Shown in pieces: positions 26,775 to 37,069 of a stretch of 64,000 nucleotides of DNA (position 1 is its first letter; every line of letters starts with the position of its first letter). Made by a program: the position numbers and the translations under genes. Under the pieces are notes generated by a model. It saw nothing but the letters and a program-made list of their open reading frames with translations, was not told where the DNA came from and ran no database searches. This stretch comes from Haliotis rubra (lineage: Eukaryota): the NCBI RefSeq assembly GCF_003918875.1, contig NW_025767412.1:2232001-2296000 (forward strand), in the 5' to 3' direction.

Positions 26775-28874
26775 AACCAAATAACACACAGGTAAAGAAG
26801 CCAGATGTACAGATTTTGCCCTAAATATTTGGTGAATTAGTCAAAAACATATTCCGGTAAACTGAAAAATTAAGTTTACTTTCCCAAAACAGGCATGAAG
26901 TTTTATTACAAATTTTTAACAAATTTTAAAAAGGGCATTTTAAACAATTTATACTGACAGAGAAAGTAAATCTGTTGATTATATTTTAGCTTTTCATATT
27001 TTTGGTCAGCGAAAAAACAGCATAACTACCTTTTATTTTTAATCATTTTTACATCTGAATCTGTTTAGGACTGATTCATCAAATTTTAAATAAATCTGGC
27101 TTTAGAGGAGAAGACTGATATAGAGGCAACACAGACATATAGGTCAGACCAATCATTATCGAGTAAGGATGAGTAAGTTAAAAAAAGAACAAAATACTAT
27201 GACTGAAGAAATATACTTATTTCAAACACTACTTCTTTATTGCAGACCACCATTGCTGGAATATTGCCTAGTGCTGTGATGAACAAGAAGCACACAAACA
27301 AGCAAACAGTAGCGCTGAACAATACGCTTGGTCATGATGCAAGTGATGATCAAAACTGGATACAAGAAACAAACCATAAATACTGTCTGGCTACTGAGCC
27401 ATAGGGATTCTTGGTAAAAATGCATGTCTCTGACAACCAAGGCTTGGAATAAGAGGTGATTTTACTGATTTCAGAATCAGTAATGGCTGATAGTATGTTA
27501 TTGTATCCAATAGTGTGGATCAATGCTCATGATATCAGTCACTGGATTGTCTGGTCCAGACTTGGTTATTTACAGGCAACAGTTTTATAGTTAAGATACT
27601 GCTGAGCATGGTTTTCAACATCAAACAAATGTTATGAAAATGTAATTAAAATACAGACAATAAACCATGTTGACAAGATGATCGAGAAAAAAGTCAGTCA
27701 ACTCACTGCAAATACTTGATAATGCAGTGTGGAGCAATAATTCACTCACTCACACAGTGCACCAAATGTTCAGTGTGTCTACCTGTCATTAGAACTGTAA
27801 TTTTGCACTGCCCACATCAAGACTTATTAAGTACATGTTGAGGAGAGAACAAATATCCCTTATTCTTTATGATTTATCGGTATCAGGCTCATTTTGGATC
27901 CAGTAAAAAAGTTTATTTTCCAATCATGAGCCCAGCAAGGGGCAAGTATAGGGACATTCTTAAAATGGTTGGTATGTAATATGAAACAAATAAAGGGTCC
28001 ATGGCCCAAAATCAGAAAGTAATCGTAGATTTAAGAGTATCGTAACTCCTACTTTAACACAGACTTCTGAAGGGCATTTAAAAGTGGAATGCATAAGAAA
28101 AGCCAGATTTATGGATGTCAAGTTATGTATTGTGAATATCACAACATTTCGGAGTGTATGCTTGCTTCTTTATACTTATCACTCTTCATGCTTATACCTG
28201 ATGAAGGAGCTAGCATACACTCCGAAATGTTGTCTTATTCACAACAAAGAAATTGACATCCATAAATCTTGCTTTTCTTAGTTGTAGTCTTACCATCGCT
28301 TCACAAAAAAAGCTCTAAATGAATTACAGTAATTCCTACTCATTGTGTTCTAACATTTTGGTCTAGAAATTGCTTGAACAAGACATAGAATTAGTCTGCC
28401 CTAAATATCACAGGACATGGACATGGAGGTGTATGTGGGCCAGGGCAACTCACAGGTAGGATCCAGCTACTGCTGCAGACACTCTAACAATGTTCATTAT
28501 ACTCATTCAGACTCATCGAGCCGACTCAAGCATAAACACTGGGGCAGTCAGCCACACCGATAATACACAGCGTCACAAAATGAATGGCAACATTCAACCC
28601 TGTAATAAACAAAAACAAATCAAAACAATACAATCATACAACAGTCAACAATAAATACAGCTTACTTCAACAACTGTACAACTGAGAATCTAAATATTAT
28701 CATCTACAGGAAAAGTTCCTTGAGAGGCATTTTAGAAGTTGTATAGATGAAGGAAAACCAAGTTCTATGGATAGTCAACTTCTTCATAAAGAACTTCTTT
28801 GAGTGGCATTTTAGAAGTTGGGAAGTACAATATAGAACAAACTTTATGGATAACAACTTCTTTTTATTCGTGAG

Positions 28875-28914
28875 TGCGACGTTTCGATACAGATTCTTGT
28901 ACCGTTGTCAAGCA
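28875..28914 (-). ncRNA. Minimal hammerhead ribozyme motif in Penelope pLTR
   Basis: UGC-UUGACAA-C-GGUACA(agaauc)UGUAUC-GAAA-C-GUC-GCA on the minus strand. Confidence 0.7.
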
Positions 28915-30168
28915 TAATGGGACATGAAGAGGGGGGAAGTGTATATATACTGGATGTGACAATGTGACAAAGAAAACAACATAATTAACATAATTGGCTA
29001 GGCAGAAGGCTGATGAAGCCAGAGAGTAGACAAAGGACAGGCGTAGAAGCCAATGATGTACAAATGATAATGACATGTTTATACAGCAGTGAGTTTATAC
29101 AGTGGATTGGGCTTGGTGGATGAGTGCATCATGCTTGATGGAATGAAGTATCCTTGGTCTCGGTTGATGGTGGGCTTTGGCGTTTGATGTGGATGGCTTG
29201 GTTGAGCTTGCGTTTAGTGAAGTCTGTTTGTTTGTTAGAGAGAATGGTGATGTCAGACCACTCTATTTGATGATTGGGCTTGCTTTGATGTGGTCGGAAA
29301 TGGCTGATTTGCTGTCGGAATTGGTAACAGAGGTCTGATGTTCTTTCACTTCGGGTGTGATGGGTCGGGAAGTTTTAGCCTATGTAGCTCTGCCCACAAT
29401 CACAGTTTATTTTGTAGATGACACATTTTGGGTTGTTGTTCTTTACGGTGGCGGGTTTTCTTCCATTGGCATGGAGAATGTTGTTAAGGTTGGAGGAGGG
29501 CGGAGAAGGAGGTATCTATGCCAGCTTGATCTTTCAGGAGGCTGATTTGATGTGGCGGTTTGCCAATGTAGGGATGGATATCTTGATGGGGGCTAAATCT
29601 TGTTTGGGTCTTTTGGTAGGGGTGACAGGGTGGCAGCGATGGTTCTGTTGACTATTTGGGATGGAAAGTGGATTTGCGTTCTACGAAGACTTCTTGAGGT
29701 GTTCGATTTCATCTTGTAGTTTAGTTGAGCAGATGTTCTTGGCCCTTCTGGTTAGTGTGGAGATGATGCCGGTCTTAACTTTAGGTGGATGATTGGAGTT
29801 GTAGTGGATATACTGATCCATTATGGGTGGGTTTTTCTGTATACAGTGGTCTAGAGTTGGTTGCTGGAGGTCAGCGGGACACAAGGGGCGTCAAGGAAAG
29901 GTAGTTGCTGGTTCTGCTCGGTTTCCATGGTGAACTTGATCGCGGGGATGTTGGTTGTTGAGATGGGTGAGAAGCTGAGTGGGATCTTGCTGAGGTTGGA
30001 GGATGACGAAGGTGTCATCCACTTTGCGATACCAACATGTGGGTTTGAAGGGTGCACTCTCTGGCTTCATCAGCCTTCTGCCTAGCCAATTATGTTAATT
30101 ATGTTGTTTTCTTTGTCACATTGTCACATCCAGTATATATACACTTCCCCCCTCTTCATGTCCCATTA

Positions 30169-30208
30169 TGCTTGACAACGGTACAAGAATCTGTATCGAA
30201 ACGTCGCA
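30169..30208 (+). ncRNA. Minimal hammerhead ribozyme motif in inverted Penelope pLTR
   Basis: Same motif as 28875-28914, on the + strand; predicted cleavage after C30205 (GUC). Confidence 0.7.
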
Positions 30209-33200
30209 CCCACGAATAAAAAGAAGTTGTTATCCATAAAGTTTGTTCTATATTCTTCATAAAGAAGTTGACTATCCATAGAACTTGGTTTTCCTACAGG
30301 AAAAGGTCTGAAATTCTTTTTCAGTACTTTTAATGACAACCTTTTTGGGGTCACGTCATGCTGACATGAGCCTTTATTTTCAGGTTGAGTTCAGTTAGCT
30401 TACATCTTTGTCAAGAGAAGACAGCCGTAGCACTGATTTATATAGATATTCAACCCAAAGAAAAGCAATAATTCACTCCACTCACTCACAGTGCACCAAA
30501 TGTTCAGTGTGTCATTGCCCAACTACCTGTCATTAGAACTGTAATTTTGCACTGCCCACATCAAGACTTATTAAGTACATGTTGAGGAGAGAACAAATAT
30601 CCCTTATTCTTTATGCTTTATCGGTATCAGGCTCATTTTGGATCCAGTAAAAAAGTTTATTTTCCAATCATGAGCCCAGCAAGGGGCAAGTATAGGGACA
30701 TTCTTAAAATGGTAGGTATGTAATATGAAACAAATAAAGGGTCCATGGCCCAAAATCAGAAAGTAATCGTAGATTTAAGAGTATCGTAACTCCTACTTTA
30801 ACACAGACTTCTGAAGGGCATTTAAAAGTGGAATGCATAAGAAAAGCCAGATTTATGGATGTCAAGTTATGTATTGTGAATATCACAACATTTCGGAGTG
30901 TATGCTTGCTTCTTCATACTTATCACTCTTCATGCTTATACCCGATGAAGGAGCTAGCATACACACCAAATGTTGTCTTATTCACAACAAAGAAATTGAC
31001 ATCCATAAATCTTGCTTTTCTTAGTTGTAGTCTTACCATCGCTTTACAAAAAAAGCTCTAAATGAATTACAGTAATTCCTACTCATTGTGTTCTAACATT
31101 TTGGTCTAGAAATTGCTTGAACAAGACATAGAATTAGTCTGCCCTAAATATCACAGGACATGGACATGGAGGTGTATGTGGGCCAGGGCAACTCACAGGT
31201 AGGATCCAGCTACTGCTGCAGACACTCTAACAATGTTCATTATACTCATTCAGACTCATCGAGCCGACTCAAGCATAAACACTGGGGCAGTCAGCCACAC
31301 CGATAATACACAGCGTCACAAAATGAATGGCAACATTCAACCCTGTAATAAACAAAAACAAATCAAAACAATACAATCATACAACAGTCAACAATAAATA
31401 CAGCTTACTTCAACAACTGTACAACTGAGAATCTAAAATTATCATCTACAGGAAAAGTTCCTTGAGAGGCATTTTAGAAGTTGTATAGATGAAGGAAAAC
31501 CAAGTTCTATGGATAGTCAAATTCTTCATAAAGAAGTTGACTATCCATAGAACTTTTCCCAACAAAGGTTTTCTTTTCAGTACTAATGACAACCTTTTGG
31601 GGTCACAGGTCAGAAATTCTTGAGTTATTTAGTACTTTTTAATGACAACCTTTAGGTGACGCACATGCTGACATGGGCCTTTATTTTCAGGTTGAAGTTC
31701 AGTTGGCTTTACATCACTGTCAAGTGAGTGAGTGAGTTCCGCCTTGCTTTGAAATAGAACCTCTCAATATTCCAGCAATATCTATTTTTTGTGTATGGGG
31801 ACACATTTTATTGAAATGAGCTTCACACATTTTACCATGTAGGGAATCGAACCCGGTCTTCGCATGACGAAGCACGTCATGCTTTAACCATCAGGTCAGG
31901 TTACCCACCGCCTCTTTGTCAAGAGAGGACAGCCTTAGCACTGATTTATATAGATATTCAACCCAAAGAAAACACAAATGTCAGTATAAGTTCTGAAATT
32001 AAGTTACAAATTCATGTTAATGCCTATATCTCACAGGTATAACCAATATGGTGGTTTCTAGAAATGTAGCATTATTTCACTTATTACACGGCCAGTAAAG
32101 AAGAACATACTTAGTATATTAGTATATTATTATGTCAATATATTGTGTTTTAATGTACAAGGTCCAGTGGAGTTTTTAAAATACACAATGTCAAATGGAG
32201 TTTTAGTAAACATTGTCAGAAGACCTCAGAATTTAAGAAAATAACTTCTACTTATGAACAAATGACTGTTTTACTGTTAGTTTGGCAAGGGCACTTAGTT
32301 AGGAATCCTTGATAAATCACTGCTTTGTCTTTACTGTTTTGGGAGCGGTGGGGTAGCCTCATGGTTAAGATGTTTACTCGTCATGCCAATGGTCTGGGTT
32401 CGTTTCCCCATATGGGCACAATGTTGTACTGTGTGCAATTGTCTGTCTCCAGTTCGCATTTAAGCTGACTTCCAATAGCACCAATGAAACACTCAAAACA
32501 CGAGGCGGGTTGCTTGCTGCTTCTCCACATCAGGTGTAGACCTTTTATTTTCAAAACAGTTTCAGCGTACAGACTGCGCATGTCCAGTTGTATGCAAATT
32601 GGGTTGACACAAAACCATATAACCCAAAACGGAATGCGATTGATCAGGTCAAACACTACAAATGTGAAGCCCATTTCTGATCATATCCCCTTCAGTGATA
32701 TTACTGGAACATTGCTAAAATTCAGCATTAAAACTAAACTCACTCACTCACTCTTTTCTGACTGTTTTGAAGTGTTCATGAAACCCATCATATATTTATT
32801 TGTCCTTCATCATGTCTGTTTATGTTGGCTGTGATTGCCACTTCAATAGGTGAAAACTGGCTTAACAGGTAAAATTTATGACTTTCAACCTTCCATGATA
32901 TTACAGATAATGTTTAGAGCCAGGGTCGAAAAACCCTGACACTGTACTTTTGAATGACAATGATGGCAATGAAACCACCAACCTTCCACTTCCCTGGTAA
33001 ACATAACATTCTATCCACTTGACTAATATGCGAACAAATGGGAGACTGTTGCACGTTAATGACCTTCACATGTGCCATGTGGCCAAAGAACAGATTTACT
33101 CTCAAACATATCCTAACAAGATCTAAATATATATTTGCGAGGACTCAAAACTGCAACCAGTGTATCAAAGGAAGAATAAATTAGTGCTGAGACAAAATTT

Positions 33201-33660
33201 GAAAAAAACATGTGGAAAGAAATCATAATGTAAGTAAAGGCAATGAGCGAAATAAATATTAGCAAATCAACAAAACAATTATTTATGTCACATGACTGAA
33301 ACACATAACTGTTATATGATAATGAATGTATCAACATGGTTAATGAGAGTTTGTTATACATAAAGAAATGCCAATATGAATGACTCCCTATGATTCATAT
33401 GTAAGACTTCTGATCGTTATAGCTATTTGAAGTAATTAAATTACATGTTGTTTTTATTAATTTAAAGCAATATGACATATAATTCAATGTGAGTTAAATC
33501 TTGTTAGGGTATGATTGAGTTAGGTTTCCCCAACCCACAAAACAATATGTCAGGAATGATAGATATTCAACAAATTACAATGTGACAACATTCACATCTG
33601 CACTTCGAAGAAACCATCTGATGTTCTGAAAACCATCATAAATTACATTTATACACTTAC

Positions 33661-34130
33661 ACTGTACGTATATATTTCGAAGTTAGAACTTAGAGTGTCT
33701 GCAGGAACAGAAGAAGAGGTGGGGGCATTTTCAACTTTCACTTTCACTTAGGAATCATTAGTTTTCAATGACATAAAAACACGCAAGAGGGCCTTTTTAA
33801 CACATCCATAGGCTCAGAAAAGTGACCTTTGACACCATTAGGCACCATTGCAGGCATGAGTGACAGCGGGTGCCTGATAATAGTCGTGATTTGAAGGCAC
33901 TTCTTACAATATGCTCCAACTCACTGGATTCGAAATATACAACTGCAATGGTGTGGTGGACTTGAAGTATTTATCCACAGTTTTATCCGTTGATAGAGAC
34001 ATCTTTAACGCTTACCAAAACACTGACAATGGTTTTTACTTGACCTTACCTTGGACGCGACAGCTACAGTCTAAGATAACCCACATTCACGAATCGCTCG
34101 GTCCGAAATTATGTAAATATTACTTCCTGG
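33661..34130 (-). other. Putative 5'-UTR exons and promoter of NAPE-PLD paralog A
   Basis: Internal 38-nt exon 33698-33661 (acceptor CCTCTTCTTCTGTTCCTGCAG, donor GTAAGT); upstream donor AAG|GTAAGG at 34050/34049; CpG-richer region with ACTTCC at about 34122. Confidence 0.55.
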
Positions 34131-34567
34131 TGTCGAAAAGTTGGATTCGGCTTATATGAACCGAAAACGGATTTTGTTATAACGTGTTTTCTATCTATGT
34201 GTGGTTTATAAATAGCGTTCATATACAGAATATGGTTTCTGGCTTAAAAAAGAATTGTGAAAAGGTTTCTGGCTTGAAGAATTGAGAAATATAGTAATCT
34301 AATAAATAGTCTGATCAGAGATGACCGCCTCCGTGGTGTAGTGGTTAGAGCATCTGACGGTAGCGCGGAAGGTCGCGGGTTCAATCCCCAACTGCGTCAT
34401 ACCAAAAGACGTTAAAATATGGTACTTTTTGGTCCCTGCCTGGCGCTCGGCATTAATGGGTACAAAAAGGACTGGTCGGCTCGGAGTCAGTATAATGTGT
34501 CTGAGTAGGGTATACATGCTTCACTGCGGCATAGTATCTCAGGGGCTAGCACTATAAAACTAGTACT

Positions 34568-35738
34568 ATCCTCGATAATCTCCGGGGTATGCGTTATGAT
34601 AACTCTCCACTATACCCTGGATGTATCTTAGCTACCCTGGATGCATCCACGGCTTGGGGCGATGATTTTATTACCTCCATTGGCTGGCTTTTTATCCAAT
34701 CAGATGCCTACGCTGGGAAGTTGAGCGTACCAATCACTACTCACTTTCGCTTCTTAAATTATCTAACCGTTTAAATTTGGCAACACAATTGATGCAGAGG
34801 TACTCTGGAAGAAGTAGAAGGAGTTCTGTCATATATTATTTTTTAAAGTTTCAGATCTGTGAATTTGTCTTTATTATTTCCCCAAAATCTGAGTGGCACT
34901 GCGAACAAACCTTCGCGACTGCGACCGCTATCTTTGGGTCTACTCCCATTTGTGAGAACTCCCAGTTGTGAGACAGTGGAGTAGGTACTTAGCAAAGAAA
35001 ACACACCTTACTCCCCTATCTGATAGAATGGATTAACCCCAGCTAATTATGGATTAGCTATTTAACTGAATCTTGTGGAGGTAACTTAATGAAACTCTAA
35101 AAAGATAAAGTAATTAACCTACTCAGATAAATGGCTTTAAAAAATAAACATTTTGTGTAGGTAACTTCGTGATCATTTGAAAGAGAAATTAATTTACCTA
35201 CTCAGATTTACGTGTTTGAAATATCTAGCAATAACTGTTGTAACTATAATTAATCCAAATGTATTTATTAACCTTTGACTGCTCTTTCCGATCACCATTA
35301 TGGCAGGCCTTCAACAAGTAGAATATATCACCAGTTCACGATAATCTTTTTCAGTATTTCAGTATCTATTGAAAACAACAAATGCTCTTCAACCAACAAT
35401 GTCTTCTGTGTTAATCAACTCATTAATGAACTATGCCTCCTGTGGGTACTCTTCAGCAACAGGGCTGTTCCCACTTTCATCGTAGGGATGGGGAAGCACC
35501 ACCTGTGTGCACTGAACCATTAATTAATGTGTCTCACAGCTGGGAGTTCTCACAAATGGGAGGACACCCTATCTTTGACACTGGCAAGCCTGGTTGTAAC
35601 GGCGGCTTAGCTGATTGGCTACTGTGAGAATGCGGAGCCAGCCAAGGAAGGTATTAAAATCATCGCCCCAAGCTGTCGATGCATCCAGGGTATAGTGGAG
35701 AGTTATCGTAACGTATACCCTGGAGATTATCGAGGATG
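34568..35738. mobile_element. MITE with long TIRs
   Basis: ATCCTCGATAATCTCC..GGGTAT..ATAACTCTCCACTATACCCTGGATG is mirrored at 35681-35738. Confidence 0.8.
34937..35568. mobile_element. Nested MITE with 9-bp TSD (Mutator-like)
   Basis: TIR CTCCCATTTGTGAGAACTCCCAG ... CTGGGAGTTCTCACAAATGGGAG; TSD CTATCTTTG at 34928 and 35569. Confidence 0.8.
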
Positions 35739-36027
35739 GGCTAGTACAACAGCCGCACATACATATACACACGCATGCACGTCATCACTTGAGCGAAATA
35801 TTCTCAAGCACGACGTTAAACCCAATTTCACATCACATCTGATCGGAGGTAGCTCACCTGTACATACATATAATTCACTCAACAATGTGAAATGTCAACA
35901 AAGACATTGGAATCATCAGATGCCGCCAATGGTCCACTAATCCACAAATCTAGTACATGACACATCTAGTCCAGGTGAAGACCAACATCTGGTAGATATG
36001 TGTTATCTACATGTATGTGTAGAGCCA

Positions 36028-37069
36028 GGATCCAGGAATCACGTCTGTGTGAGAGTGCAGGATCCAGTAATCATGTCTGTGAGGGAGTGCAGGATCCAGT
36101 AATCACGTCTGTGTGGGAGCGCAGGATCCAGTAATCATGTCTGTGAGGGAGTGCCAGGATCCAGGAATCATGTCTGTGTGGGAGTGCAGGATCCAGTAAT
36201 CATGTCTGTGAGAGTGGCAGGATCCAGTAATCATGTCTGTGTGGGAGTGCAGGATCCAGTAATCATGTCTGTGAGGGAGTGCAGGATCCAGTAATCATGT
36301 CAGGATCCGGATAATCATTGGAGTGGGATCCAGTAATCATGTAATCAATGTGAGTGGCAGGATCCAGTAATCATGTCTGTGTGGGAGTGCCAGGATCCAG
36401 TAATCATGTCTGTGAGGGAGTGCAGGATCCAGTAATCATGTCTGTGTTGAGAGTGCAGGATCCAGTAATCATGTCTGTGTGAGAGTGCAGGATCCAGTAA
36501 TCATGTCTGTGTGGGAGTGCAGGATCCAGTAATCATGTCTGTGAGGGAGTGCCAGGATCCAGTAATCATGTCTGTGTGAGAGTGCAGGATCGAGTAATCA
36601 TGTCTGTGTGTGAGTGCAGGATCCAGTAATCATGTCTGTGTGAGAGTGCCAAGATCCAGTAATCATGTCTGTGTGGGAGTGCAGGATCCAGTAATCATGT
36701 CTGTGTGAGAGTGCAGGATCCAGTAATCATGTCTGTGTGAGAGCGCAGGATCCAGTAATCATGTCTGTGTGTGGAGTGCAGGATCCAGTAATCATGTCTG
36801 TGTGGGAGTGCAGGATCCAGTAATCATGTCTGTGTGGGAGTGCAGGATCCAGTAATCATGTCTGTGTGGGAGTGCAGGATCCAGTAATCATGTCTGTGTG
36901 TGAGGGCAGGATCCAGTAATCATGTCTGTGTGGGAGTGCAGGATCCAGTAATCATGTCTGTGTGGGAGTGCAGGATCCAGTAATCATGTCTGTGAGAGAG
37001 TGCAAGAATCCAGTAATCATGTCTGTGAGAGAGTGCAAGGATACAGTAATCATGTCAGTGAGAGAGAGG
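36028..37069. repeat. 32/33-bp satellite array 1
   Basis: Unit GATCCAGTAATCATGTCTGTGTGAGAGTGCAG. Confidence 0.95.

Larger units (their letters stand above)
28794..30252 (-). mobile_element. 5'-truncated Penelope-like retroelement (RT thumb + GIY-YIG endonuclease remnants) with inverted pLTR
   Basis: Frameshifted minus-strand remnants WYRKVDDTFVIL, IKFTMETEQNQQLPFLD, DQYIHYNSNHPPKVKTGIISTLTRRA, KSAISDHIK...KRKLNQAIHI...INRDQG. Inverted arms of about 199 bp at 28829-29027 and 30056-30254; 14-bp TSD TTCTTCATAAAGAA. Confidence 0.9.
27735..31975. repeat. Tandem duplication of an approximately 1.3-kb unit (A 27735-28793, B 30253-30465; A' 30466-31535, B' 31522-31975)
   Basis: Near-identical blocks; ORFs 27960-28142 and 30704-30886 are almost identical. 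The first copy carries the Penelope insertion and the second carries a SINE at about 31725-31912. Confidence 0.9.
34324..35839 (+). mobile_element. tRNA-derived SINE with Meta-like central domain, interrupted by nested MITEs
   Basis: tRNA head (TGGTGTAGTGG, GGTTCAATCCC), then CATACCAAAAGAC...GGTAC...CCTGCCTGGCGCTCGGCATTAA; the tail resumes at 35739 and ends in CACAT repeats. Confidence 0.65.

Noticed and set aside
29008-29030. Hammerhead core CTGATGA on the + strand
   Set aside because: Not followed by stem II and GAAA at a workable distance.
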